Shown: positions 21,201 through 34,728 of the stretch, piece by piece
Numbering within the stretch: position 1 is the first letter of the stretch
Layout of the letters: every line of letters begins with the position of its first letter
Source: Cirrosporium novae-zelandiae
Taxonomy: Eukaryota
Assembly (NCBI GenBank): GCA_026023565.1
Contig: JAPETS010000026.1
Span: 62,001 to 126,000, forward strand
Direction: 5' to 3'
Length of the DNA stretch: 64,000 nucleotides
Position numbers and translations under genes: made by a program
Notes under the pieces: generated by a model
What the model was told of the DNA's origin: nothing
Seen by the model: only the letters and a program-made list of their open reading frames with translations
The model's database searches: none

Positions 21201-23949
21201 CATTTTGCAAGCATAAGCCGGCGTTTAAGAACGCTCTCCTTGCAATCACATCCAAAAAGACTAGAACCTACGATGCCAGGATCAAACCGGATATTTGGGA
21301 GAAGACTCGAGGGACTATTCCAGAGAAGTTATTCGTCACCATTCTTGAGCTAGCAAATCCAGAGCGACTCAACCGAGCTTATAAACCTCTAGCTTTATTA
21401 ACCAGAACTGAACTTCCAGAACTTCCAACCTTTCCATTATACTTGGATGGTGGCATGTCAGATTTTAGGAGCACAAGAATCCTGAAGAGTCTGTTGTATA
21501 CTGCAGACTCTCTGAAGAAACTAAACGAGTTCACACTCAGGATATTCCGAGACGTTTTCAATAAAACGTACGAGGATAACTCTAGTAAGATGAGTTATTG
21601 GCTAGCTCCACTCGCGGAAAATTTCAACTTGAAGCTGATATTGAACGATCCTATCGAACTCCTGGATTGGACTACCATCGACTATGTGAGTATGAATGAC
21701 CAGCTGAAATGGGACATCAATAAACCTCAGGAATGGTACCTAGACAAGTTTGTGGTTGATCCATTGGATGGTAGTAGGCATTTTTTCTCTCAGGGTGTCG
21801 TACCTGGTCTTGGTCCTGATGACGATGTGCCGATACCCTATCCAGCTATAAAAAGGCAGGAGATAATGCTGAAGAGTATTTATGACTACTCACTTAGTGT
21901 TTGGAAAGGAAAGGAGAGAGGGATTCGGGAATCTGTCCGAGCACAGTGCAATCCTAATCAGCCAGTTTTTAAAGCCGAAATTGCAACATTGCGATATAAC
22001 TTGCTTGATGAGATGACAGAGGCCGACAAAACCATATGTCGAACCGCCCATCTGTGCCCACAGCCGCTCAAATTCTCAGCTGTAAGTCTAACCATAGCAA
22101 TAACCCAACAGTTCTAATGTTAAATCAGCTACCAATAGAAGTTGCCTCTATGAGTCTCGTTTTCCCTGCAATCATTCATAGACTGGAGTCGTACCTCATT
22201 GCGCTTGAAGCTTGCCAAATGCTTGAACTTGAGGCTACACCTACTCTGGCTTTGGAGGCCATGACAAAAGATTCAGACAATACAGAGGAACATCAAACGG
22301 AGCAGATACACTTCCAGCGAGGGATGGGTAAAAATTATGAGCGATTGGAATTTATTGGGGACTGCTTCCTCAAGATGGCAACCTCCATTACCATTTACTG
22401 CATTCTTCCAGAGAAGAAAGAATTTGATTACCACGTCCGTAGGATGCTAATGCTTTGCAACAAGAATTTATTCAACAACGCTCTCGAGTACAATCTACAA
22501 GAGTATATTCGAAGCAAAGCATTCGATAGGTAAGTTACCTGCAAAAACTGATGACTCTTTATTTACTTACGTATATGAATCTAGGCGGTCTTGGTACCCT
22601 GATGGGATAAAATTGATTGCCGGACGAGGAGCCAGGGAAGGTGGCAAAACAGATATAACAGCGCAGAGAGTAACCAAACATCATCTTGGGGACAAGACCA
22701 TTGCAGATGTATGCGAAGCAATTATCGGCGCCTCCTTACTCTCTCACACAGGATCAGATGGTTTTAATTTCGATATGGCTGTCAAAGCCGTAACTGCCCT
22801 CGTAAAGAACCCCGATCATGTTGCCGACGCATGGGACGATTATTACAAGTTATACAATGCACCAAGATATCAACTTGAAAAAGCAACTGCTGTCCAACTA
22901 GATATGGCAAAACAGGTTGAGCGAGAGCACGCCTATAAATTCCAGTTTCCTCGACTTCTACGGTCTGCCTTTACGCATCCGACACATCCATTTGTCTACG
23001 AAAAGATCCCAGATTACCAACGACTAGAGTTCCTTGGAGATGCACTTCTTGATATGGCATGCGTTAACTTCTTGTTTTTCAAGTATCCTGATCGAGATCC
23101 ACAGTGGCTAACAGAGCATAAAGTATGCACTTTCGTATCTGTGTATAGATAGTTCGCCTGCTAACGGCACTTAGATGGCCATGGTCTCAAATATGTTTTT
23201 GGGAGCATTGTCAGTACGCCTTGGCTTCCACAGACATATGCTTCATAATTCGTCCCCGCTTGCATTTCAGATAACTCAATATGTTGCAGAGCTTGGAGAA
23301 GCTGAGAGGGAAGCTAATGGCAGAGTGGACTACTGGACGTTAGCTCGAGAAGCCCCCAAGGTTAGCTTATGGATATTTTCTCAAGCCGAATTGAGGAATG
23401 TCGTTAACGTATACAGTGTCTGCCTGATCTCGTAGAAGCATACATCGGCGCCATGTTTGTTGACTCAAAGTTCAACTACCAAGAAGTCGGACGGTTCTTC
23501 AATGACCATATCCGATATTTCTTTGAAGATATGAGCATCTATGATACCTTTGCAAACAAACATCCAACAGTACGTCTTCTATATTTCTTTACTTGTATCC
23601 ATACTATTCTTTCCAAGGACCGAGACAAACTAACCAACTCCTCAAATAGACCTATCTTCATAACCTTCTCCAACAATCCTTTGGCTGCGCCAACTACCGG
23701 GTTCTATCTCAAGAAATCCAAGACGATCCGCGCTATCAAGGTAAAGTTGTGGCCGCTGTAATCATCCATGATCAGATTGTGGCAGACGGAGAAGCCGCAT
23801 CAGGTAAGAACGCAAAGGTCAAGGCAAGTGAAAAGGCATTGCGGGTTTTGGAAGGGTTGTCGCCGAGGGAATTTAGGGAGAACTGGGGTTGTGAGTGTTG
23901 GAATACAGGAGTGACGGGGAAGGGAGATGTGGAGGATACAGCAATTTGA
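18295..23949 (+). CDS. DCL1: Dicer-like protein 1 (helicase, Dicer dimerisation domain, PAZ-like region, two RNase III domains, dsRBD with Zn motif)
   Basis: Helicase motifs are [46 protein letters not shown] and YIQSRGRAR. RNase IIIa is [14 protein letters not shown] and RNase IIIb is [14 protein letters not shown]. The C-terminus has C..H..CxC (WGCECW). Many canonical introns splice in frame. Confidence 0.96.
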
Positions 23950-26900
23950 GAACTCGATGGATGAAGCTAGGTCGACGAGGTAAAGCTTCTGGGAGAAATG
24001 GTAGGAATGATATGAGAGGCTCGAGAATCCTGTTTTCTTGGAGATCTTGGTTCCTTAGGACTTTGTGCTTGCGTGCTGCTGACCCTTACATTTCTTTTGG
24101 ACGGTAGCGCCCGATAAAAATATCCTAATTCTAGAAGATTTTATGGACATGGAATTATTCCCAACATTCGGCAACGAAGCAGAGTATTAATCGCGTCAAC
24201 AATTATCATGATCCCTCGAAACTATCATCAAATCTCTTGCTGAAGCATAGTTTGATAGATGTTATGCATTAGATATGCGAAAAGGCTAGGATGGCTGGTG
24301 AGCTGACATGGTCAGCAAAATAGGCAGCAGGACTACCGAGATGCTGGCCTCGGAATCAATTCCCAGGCTTCATAGTGCCGGGAGGGCAAGGCAAAGGCAT
24401 GCGAAGACAAGATCCGAGGCATAGGATACCGTAGGGACATTCAATGCCGAATACCAGACTGGTGGAAGGTAAAAACTGACCAATTTGATGAGATTGATGA
24501 TGCTCTGTAGGGCTGCAAAATCCTGGCAAGAAACATCGGCAGGAGCAAAAGTAGAAACGATGAAGCTCAAAAGGGAATGCTTTGTTGGAACGGCAGAGTG
24601 AAGGGATGCTCTACAATAGTTGCCAGCAACCATGGTACTGATTGAGTTGGTCAGAGAAAAGAGGGGGGGATGCTGTGATATTATCGCCTCTGATAAAGAA
24701 ATTATCACGCCACGGACCAAGAGATGGTAATTTCGAAAGCATCGACTGAGGGAAGTTGGGGCATTAACTTACTTGTTGTAGAAATGCCTCAACCCCTTCA
24801 TGTTTCCAAATGAGCTAACGACATCAGGGGAGCTAGTGACGGGCAAAGAGTAGATAATAAAATTGGAAGCAAACCTGGTAGTAAAGATAAGATCGATACA
24901 GGTGAAAGGAGATATGAAAACAAGATGATCCTATCGTTCATGCTAATAGGAAAGTAGATGACGATAGATGAAAGTAAGCACTACCAGGAGCTTAGATGTT
25001 GAGCTTGCGACGAGTCGATGACAGGTAAGTAAGTTGGGTAAGTTGGTTAACTGTTTAGCCTCCAAGACAAAAGAAAGGTTCACCAACCCTCAGAGCTAAC
25101 TAAGAATTTCCGTTTGAGCTTGATGGTGGTGATGGGATGCCGGGCAGCCTAAGGGAGCGCCGTCAAGAACCATTGAACCGTTGAGCCATCAGGAAAAGAG
25201 TTAGCGACCTTAGCGACGAGTACCCCACACGCTCAAGCGAGGCAAAGACAAGACACAAAAGAGAGAAAGAGAGAGCCGCAATCAATCAGCAATCGGCAAA
25301 TCGACAAGTTGATTTTAATTAATTGATTGAATTGATTGACATGTGATGGGAAATTCTCTTGCCTCACGTGGAATAATATCCAGAGCCTCATGTGCAAAAA
25401 TCATTTCTTCCCTGACCTTTTGTTTTTTTTTCCTTTTGTTGGGTGGAGTAAATTCTTCATGAACCTGGTGGTCGGTCCAAAGGTCCAGTTAAGGTCCAAG
25501 GGGGTGAAATTATTTCACTGAAATAATAATCACTCGTTTCCTTTTCTTTTAATCTTGATAGCCTATAAAGTGTCCCCCTCCCCCCATCCTCTCCCTCCGG
25601 GGTCCAGCGAGGAGAGGGATCCACTAACCGTGCTTCCGACATAGGACTCGAGTGGTTATATTGACTATTAACTAGGAGGAGCCATGTGTCAAAAGAGAAA
25701 AGACCAAGTCTTTTTTGCTTTGGAAGTGGTGAGAAAATTAATATGGATCTGCTTAGGCTGGAACTAGTTACACTATACGCCCACCGGGAAACCCTTCCTG
25801 CCACCAGCGTCCTTTTATTTGCGGCGTAGACGCATTGGAGCCGCAACATGGAGTATATCTGTGCTACCCAATCGATCCTTCCGCCTGCGGTCCACTCGCT
25901 CCAGCTGATCCGATAATCAATTACTCTCCACTCTACTGTCGCATAATTAGAGACAAGCTGGATGGTGCGGAAAAGCAAGCGCAAAAGCAACAATTTATTT
26001 TGGTTTTTTTTTGGCTTTTGCTCGCCGCATCCCTTTCCTTCCTTTGTTTTCGCGGTGTACTATTGTACTATTGAGTAAAACGTGGTTCTACATACACACC
26101 CTTATCAATCCTGCGTTGGATAGCTTTTCGGATACTAAAAATAACAACTAATGAACAGAGCGGCTCATAAACAGGTCGCCCCTCTTAACCTTTTATACAG
26201 CACAGCATCTATTTATGCCAAATGAAGTGGAGTGGGTTATCATACATATACACACACGTTGCATAAAGTACTTTTTGACAAGGATATCTATCAATTGAAG
26301 CAGTCGACAGCGAGGGAATCATGCTGGTGCTACTATCTCTGTTTCATAAGTTGAACATTAAAAACACAACTAAAACCAAACTATACCTAATCTCGAGTAA
26401 TTATGGACGTTAGAAACAAGCGCCCATAGGGAAGAGCTACCATAGCTACTACTAACAAAGCATGAAAAAAAAGGGGGGCGGGAGGTGTTCATGATTCATG
26501 AATCATTTTATCTCATCTATGATTCAGACCAAAGAGAAAGAAAAAAAGAGAAAAAGTCAAAAAGCCATGTTCTGATCCAATGAATCTCTCGCTAAGCGCG
26601 CGGGCGGTTGTGGGAATTTCAAGGGGTCTCAGACCCTAAGGCAGTCCGTGCAGATTTTCCATAATTGCATTCATTCCCCGGTGGTGAAGGTACAGTAAAG
26701 GTGGTGCCATGGCAAAAGAAAGAAAGAAAGAAAGAAACCCCTTCCCCCCATGTTACTTAAAAAATAACAACCCCCAAGTACTTTTCTAGGACTACCGCCA
26801 AACCCAACTACCTAGGTACCTACCTGTCATCGACTAATTCACTTTGTTACCGATTGTCAGTAGTCCGATCAACGCTTTCCACAGGACGGACCAACCGTTT

Positions 26901-27005
26901 TTGCTTAATTATTTCCGCTTCTCTCCCCCCAACCGAAAAAAGAAAGAACCTACAGTAAATCCGCCGCTTTTGCTTTTGGCGCTTTTCTTCTTTCCTTTCT
27001 TCTTC

Positions 27006-27008
<3 letters not shown>

Positions 27009-27052
<44 letters not shown>
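27009..27052. repeat. (TC)22 microsatellite
   Basis: Perfect dinucleotide run read directly from the sequence. Confidence 0.95.
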
Positions 27053-27055
<3 letters not shown>

Positions 27056-28873
27056 GCGCGCAAAACCAAACCAAATCAACAAGACGGATAGTCTATTATA
27101 GGTTAGTTTAACTAGTTTTAGTTAATTAGAAAGTTAGTTAGATAGTAGTTAAGTTAGGTTTTAATAATTAATGATTTCAACGGCTAATTTGGGGGCACGG
27201 GGACGGGGGGGACGGGGGAAGTCTAGAACTACCTAGGTAAACTACCATCTAGTGAACAATGTGTAAAATCAAATCAAAATCGGAATTGGTGCTCTAAAAA
27301 CCGGACTACAGCTGTACTACATCTATCTCGCTAAGGTTTAATTGGCATTGACATTGGCATTGGCCTTTTCTTTCTCTTTCTCTTTTTCTTTTTCTTAAAA
27401 AAAAAAAATAGAGAAAGAGAGAGAAAAGAGACAGAGATTGGAGGAAGAAGGAGAGAGGGAAAAGGAGGGGGTGTGTCGGTTTATTTTTATTCAATTGAGA
27501 GAGTAGACGAAAAGAAGAGACATAGCTATACAGTTACAAAAGTTACAGTAACCACCTAGGTACGGACAGTAATTACCCAGTTAAAATGGGAAAACCGAAA
27601 ATCAACATACTCGAGTATATCGAATCAAACATTGGTATGGGACGCTCCCATGCGCTGCCCTGCCTTAACTTGCTTGCTTGCTGCTTGCTGCCGCTGCCCT
27701 TGCTTGCTTGCCATGTCATGATCATGCACCCATGCGCAACCACGCATCATTCATCCATGCATTTGCACTTCCATCTGCACTTGCACTCAACTCATTTGCG
27801 CACCACACCCTACACACTCCCAGCACACTCTACCTAGCCCATTACACTACCACACCCTACATACCCTACAAGCCCGCCATTCCGGCAAGCCGAGAAGGTT
27901 CTAAGAAAGAAAATTCCCTTCTTCCAACTCCAACCAAACTCCACAGCCGCAACGACCAACGTATTTTGTGTCCCCTTTCCCTTTTGTAATCATAGTAAAA
28001 TTAACCGCGCCTCAAAATCTACCCTAGGAAAAAAAAATCTATTGGCTCCTAGCGTTTCCTCAAATTTGACGCAACGCAGCGCAGGGTTATGTCATAATTT
28101 ACCTTTCGGTAGTTTTTTGGGGGGCTTTTTGTGCCTGACTGATTTTAGTGAGGACCTGAAGCTTGCGCGGAACCTTGCTTCGGGGATAACGTAGGGAAGG
28201 TAGGTTGTAGAAAGTAGGAAGTAAGTTCAGGGACGGATGGACCTTGCCACGGACGGGGTGGGGGTTTGAGAGGGTTGAGAGGGCACCTGATTTAATGGGT
28301 GGATGGATGGATGGGTAGGTAGGTAGGTGGGTAGATGGGGGTAGGAGGGAGATTATCATAGCTGATAAGACAGACCGAGAGATTGATTGAATTGATTATC
28401 CATAAGATCCAATCCATAGATGATAATCCCCGAGTGCCTTTTTGACCCTTGGATAAAATTCTCAAAAAAAAAAAAACTCTAGAAACTGTAATGAATGGAT
28501 GAATTTGATATTGTACGTCACACCCGAAAATAAGCATGCCAAAGAAGCGCTGGGTCAATCTGCCGCCCCAAGTTTCATTCCCGCTGATGATAATAATAAT
28601 AATATTGTTGCCCCTCCCCCCCCAAAAAAAGAGACGCCCATCTCAGCGTTTCCCAATAAACAAATAGACAGACAGATAGACACAGCCACAGCCACCTCTT
28701 TTTTTTTCTTAAAAAATAACATGCACGAACCTAACACAACGTAATATAGGAACTAGTAGTAGGAGTAATCATCATCAAAAGGGTGTACCAATATATGCTG
28801 ATATGTGGCAGTACATTCAAAAAATCCAATACATGTGTTGTCGTTCGTTCGTTTGCTTGGGTCATAAATTTTT

Positions 28874-30184
28874 TTATCTGGAACCGCTGCTGTTGCCGGG
28901 ATATCCCCCAAATAATTGATATGGACTTCCTCCGCCCCCACCACCCTGGGCCCATGAGCTGGAGCCGTCTGGCAGGGTGGTGGAATAGCCAACTTGACTT
29001 AGAGGATCTGCTGTCGATGAAGTGGCGGCCAAGGTTGAATAGCTCTCGTTGTTTGCTGAAGTGAATGGGAGAGTGAATCGCTTTGGACAGCTACTCTTAT
29101 GCCTAACGAAAGAAAAAATATATCAGTAAAAGACTTGGTCACAAAGTAGATAGATAGGTTCTATCATTGTAATTTTTTCCATGTATTTTATTCAATTACC
29201 TTTTAAGCGTGTCTTTTCGACTAAAGCACTTCTGACACCATTCGCACTCGAAATCTCTCTGTCCCGTTCACAATAACCGTTAGCTGTGGAATAAAAAAAC
29301 ACAAACATGCTATGTGACTAGGTGAAGAACATTTCAAAACTCACCTCCGTTTTCAAATGCCGATCCAAATCCGCCCTCCTGGAAAATTTAGCTTCACAGC
29401 CTTCATCCGGACATTCAAAAGGCTTTTTCCGATCCGGATCGTGCGTCTGCATATGCATCCTCAGGTTGAAGCTCCGCGAGCACAGTTGTCCGCACACCTG
29501 GCATTTGAATTTTGTACCTTCGGGCGTCGTGCGTCGTCGCCGTCGCGTTTCTGGGGAAGGGGTATACCGGCCACCTGCTGCATCTTCCCCGGAAGTCGGG
29601 TAAAAAGAAGAGTATTGCTGGTTTGGACTCAGGCCAACTGTTTCCGCAACTTTTACGCTGGAACCGGGGTCCCAAAGGCCTTGATCCCATCCCTTCATTC
29701 CGAGGCTTGATGAAAGCCCGTGACCTTGATGCGTGAAGTCGGGTTGGGGGAAAGCAAAGGCGGAAGCAGAGCCTGCCTGGGAGGTTGGCCAGACGGTTCC
29801 CGGAGGTATTGGGCTTGACTGAATGAAGGGAAGGTCTAAGCTATAGTCCTCGGGCTGACTCCTTCCCTTGTCTCGCGACGAGCCAGCCATCTTCGGTGAC
29901 AAGTAGGCCCCTGGGAAGACGAACAGTTGAGACCCAAAACTTGATGTGTGCTCGTCCGGTGAATACGGAGATGAGGAATCTGATAATTGGCCGTCGCTTG
30001 TCGGGGTAAAGACAGGGTCGTAGAAACGGAATTCAAAATCCGACTCACGGTCTTGTAGGCTGGATAAAGCCCTCGGCGGAGTGATATAGTGTTGATCTGG
30101 AGTTTCTGGAAAATATCTTTGCGGAATTCTTTTCAATAAATGTGACGACGGACAGGTGCCAGCAGTTCTTAGGGTCATGTTCAT
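28874..30184 (-). CDS. C2H2 zinc-finger transcription factor (two C2H2 plus one C2HC finger); start codon uncertain
   Basis: FKCQVCGQLCSRSFNLRMHMQTH and FECPDEGCEAKFSRRADLDRH are followed by the exons RDFECEWCQKCFSRKDTLK and RHKSSCPKRF...GYPGNSSGSR* (stop at 28874). The N-terminal region is Ser/Pro-rich. Confidence 0.8.
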
Positions 30185-31121
30185 CAGAAAGGAAATGCAC
30201 AACCGGGAGTAGTCTTCAACACACGATAGCAGGCTTCTGGATAGATGATATATATCTGGTCTTGTTGGTAGGTTCCGACCCAGGGTCACCAGTTTAATTT
30301 TATATAATATAGGTATTAACAACCGAGCGAAAAAATAGAAGCAACTCCGGGGACCTAATGGAGGCTGATGTTCATATCCTGCCATATGATGCAACGACAG
30401 AAAACGAATATCAATACGGAGAAAAAAGGCAGTGGTGAAGCTGATGAAGAGTCGTTATTCATAAGGCAGAAACTTGGATATCGAATTTAAGAATCCCCAG
30501 GTTAAGCATGGACTCGCATATCGAAAAATCGGAGCACCGCCAGCTACTAGAGGATGCAGTGGTCTACCACGCCCTCGGACCAGGGTCCAAGGAGCCGCAT
30601 GTTAGAGCTGGTTGGCTATTTGAATAAATATCCTGGGTTTCCATCTGGGTCTAAACCTAACAACAATGCAACATAGAGGCTTTAGACAGGCCAAGAAAAT
30701 ATTTAGAATTATTTCACCACCTCTAAACCAGGCCAGATCATCCCTTATTCTGCATCCTAAAGACACCCTGGTTTTGCAGCTGGGCAGCCTTGTGTCTGTT
30801 GACATCGGCTGCGGACCCCATACTGTCAAGCGCAAGGGCTCACACAATTCGCGGATGGAATTAGTTTCTGCGAACGAGATTGGCGACCATTGTGGCTCTA
30901 TATTAGACTGGTTAGACTGATAACTCGGTTCGGAAGAGCGTTGGTGGTTCCCTTTGATTCCTTAGGCTATCGTAGTGGCGCTAGTGCACCGTAGGTAATA
31001 AGATACCTTAGTACCAATGTACCCCGAATTCGCACACCCCAATCCCGAATCGCCGACACCCCCCCACCACCCAACCTATCAACCTGACTAGCTTTCCAAC
31101 CTACCCCATGCCCATTAACAA

Positions 31122-34098
31122 TTATCCCTCATGCTGTTGTTGTTGCTGCTGCTGTTGCGAAAGCGCCAATTTCAATTCATTGACCTGTAATGTGAGGCTC
31201 TCTAACATGGCCAGCACCTTAACATTAGAGTTGTCGGCTGTGCTTTTAGCATCTTGGCCTGTGAGTCCATGTTGTGCATTTCGACTCTCGGGAGCCTCAT
31301 CAGACGCCAATCGGGAATGCCCGCTAAGCGCTGGCGCAAAGACATCGCGCGATCTCGCTGCTCTCCCCAGCAACGTTGCTGGCCCTGTTGGCTTTCTATG
31401 GGGTTGTGATCCTCTGGAAAACGAATCACCAAACAATGAATACTTTCCACTCTCGTATACCCAGATCGCCGCTACCCATGGTGCATGGGTAGCTTTCAGC
31501 AACGCGATCCGGGATGTCCGTAGAGCTTCGGAGGGAAGGAAGATCCTCAGCGGTCTAATGCATAGCAGAGGTATCAAATTCTACAAATATTTCAGCTCGT
31601 GGCCATCCTAGCCTCATCAAACCACTTACCAATGGGGGGAGAAAGAGCACCAGGCGACGGGATGTTGAGGCTTCGAGAACAGAAACACTATACTGGAAAA
31701 GGTATTCCTCTCGAGAATGTTCTGTGACCTGAACAAGGTAGTCAGCTATACTATCCAAGGCAATATTTAGCAGATCAAGCGGATTCAAAGGAATATGGCA
31801 CAGTCTTGATGGACTTCCGATCTTCCATCAGGCTGCAGATGAGGCTCCGCGGCAGAAAAGGAATTGCAAAGACATTTGAGCCGCACATTGGGTCATGGGT
31901 TATCATTATGATCCGCAATTACATACCTTTGTGACTGTGTTGCTCAGAAGACTGATGAGAGACGTGATCAATAGGATATTTGTCATCGACACGAATCTAA
32001 AGTCCGAGAATTAGCCGCAATCTTTAGCAGACGATAATCGAGCGAACATACATCAACATCAAAGGTGGACCAAAAATTGGACTGATCTATGAGTTATTAG
32101 CAAAATGTTGTTTCAGAAACATCCCGTGGCAATTGCTTACATCTCGGGCAACTTCCTAAAAATAAAGGCTAGTAGTCAGATAAAAATATCCTCTCCAAAG
32201 GTTAGACATCAACACTTACGAATCCAAGATAGCTCGATCTTCATAACAAACAACATATCAGTACCTTATCGTTCCATCAATTGGGATATTGCTTACCCAA
32301 AAAAAACCTTGATCAATATCTAAAAGCCAGCTGTGAGCGATTCATTATATGGCTGACGAGGAGAACAACGTACCCAAGACATTGCATTCAAAGACAGTCT
32401 GTCTCTTGCTAGCATGGTGAAAGTGGTTAAGAAGCCGAGATATAGAACAAGAATAATAACTATGAACTTGAGAAAGTCTTTCGTCATCTCCTTGAGACAT
32501 GGGATCAGGGCACCGAAATAAGGATGAAGACTGAGTATCGAGGAAACTCGAGGGATGAGGAACAAGGCTTCCAATGATAATATATCGAAAGCTATATCGA
32601 TGATATGGTCACTTTGTTTGGTCAAGCCAATAATCCCTAGCAAAATGTCAGTGGTGCATCGAGCAATATTCTGCCCCTATCCCCGGGATCTATGACATTA
32701 AACCAGGTCGCTAAGATTACAACATGTCTCGATGAGTATACGTATCAAAATAGTACTTACTAGACACTAGAAACGCAATCCCTACGCCTACAGTTCCAAG
32801 ATCCCAGAAATTCCACAAGTCGGCCGAATAGAAGAGAATTCCTGCATCTGTCACTTCGCCAAACTCATCATAAGCAAAAGCAGCGATCCAGATATAAAGA
32901 AGAATCTCGGAAACTGTGAGCTTTCGTGGATTCCTTTCTACAAGGACGACATAGTATAATACTAGGAAGGATAGGTTGAATAATACTTCAAATATTTTCT
33001 GATATCTGGGGACTCGGAGGCGGCAGAATGGATCCGCTTTGCTAAATGCGAACAAAACTTAGTGCTTAGCACTATAATAGTGGGAATTGCTAGGAAATTA
33101 GATTTGGAGATGGAATACCTCTTGTTATAGATCTTAGCTTTTTTCTTGCAATGAATACTCAGTGTTTCCCAGAATATTATATCTCCTTTCCAGATTGAGT
33201 TAACGATATCTTGTACAACCTTCTGGCTAAACAATTTCTTAGCACCCGCAATCGCTGCGATTTCCAAAGTATTTAAGCCTTCAAAGTCCTTTGTAGGATC
33301 CTCACAGTCCTCGATGTTATCCTCATTGTGAAGTAAACTTGTGTGTTCATTCATAGTATGATTTTCAGCCGAGTGAGATGCAAAGGCATATTGGGTCCCA
33401 ATATCAGTAGAACTATGACGGCTAGGCTTGGGCGATGGAAGCTCAGTTAAGAGGTATTCGATTCGCTCTCGCTGGGATAAATATGTGAGAAATTTCCATG
33501 CGACTAGTTCGCAGCTATATCCTCGAGTATCGTGTATTCCACCATCATCCACCTCAATGTTGGAATAATGCCATTTCAAAATCCTTGACAAGTCAGTCTA
33601 TACTAGTCAAGTGGAGGTAAAGGATTTGTAGCAGCAAACAATATTTCAGATAGCTACAGTGCTTATCGCGATTTTAGAGGTATTGTATAATATAGAAGAA
33701 GCCCTGGAGAGCAATTGTGCATTGTGGCCAAGACAAGAAACCAATGTCGCTTACATTAGAGCGGAGATGACAGCAGGGTAATGAACGTTATTGGCCAGAT
33801 GGCTCACAAGCTGGGATAGGAGATGGTCATTGGGAGATGTCTGTAGGTCTTCGAACGAATTGACCGTATCAACAGAAGCTTCTAGGTAGCTAGCACACAA
33901 TTCCATGTCAGTAACTAATTCGTCAATCATCTGGAAGGGAGTATGGAAAGGGAGGTACGTTGAGAGCTTTGCAACGACATCTAGTATAGGTTCATCATCG
34001 TCGATAATAGGTAGTTCCGGGACGCCTGTATGTTTCTCATAGAGGGAGTATGTGTGGAGAGTGGGGTTTTGTCCTGCTTCGGGGCCAGTAAGAGCCAT
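31122..34098 (-). CDS. YVC1: Yvc1/TRPY-like nonselective cation channel, multi-exon
   Basis: It shows TRGYSCELVAWKFL, LNTLEIAAIAGAKKLFSQKVVQDIVNSIWKGDIIFW, RLRVPRYQKIFEVLF, LSLHPYFGALIPCLKEMTKDFLKF and HSREEYLFQYSV, and ends in a coiled coil with poly-Q. Confidence 0.85.
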
Positions 34099-34728
34099 AT
34101 CGTAAACACAATTCCTTGTGCTGCGGGATTGAGTTAAGATGCAAGAAAGTTGAAGGGTCAAGTCTTGTTGCTGGTTTGACGGGAATTGACTCTGGCCCTG
34201 GGAGTGGTTTAAAAAAAAAAGAAGTGCGAAAGCAAACAATGACAACCCCCAAAGTTCCCATGATGGATATCTGAGACGATGGCTCGAAAGTCTGAGTCTA
34301 ACTGGTCTAGCACGTCTACTGGTCAAGATGCAGAATCCAAAATGGATCCAAGTGGTCCAAGCTTTGGAGATTGCAGATTGCCTTCGGGTAGTGACGTTCG
34401 AATTACAGGGGTTATAAGGTATGTCGGCTTCTCTTTATTCCTTAAGCGCACATTAGTTTCGGTTAGTTTCTACAAACGCCACATTAGCCGAGCCAAGGCT
34501 ACCAAGCAGCCTAGAGTTAGCTTATCTATCAGGGCATCAAGTTAGCTACCTATTGTACTCTGATACCATATTAATTATCCAATCCATTCTGCGCTTCTCC
34601 TTCATCCTTGTACTATATACACCAAACTCATGACTAGCTCATAATGTCACCATTGCTTCACAAGAACTCGTTGAATTATCCTCCAACAATTATTCTTTTC
34701 AGGTGATCCCTCCCGTACAACAATAGCC

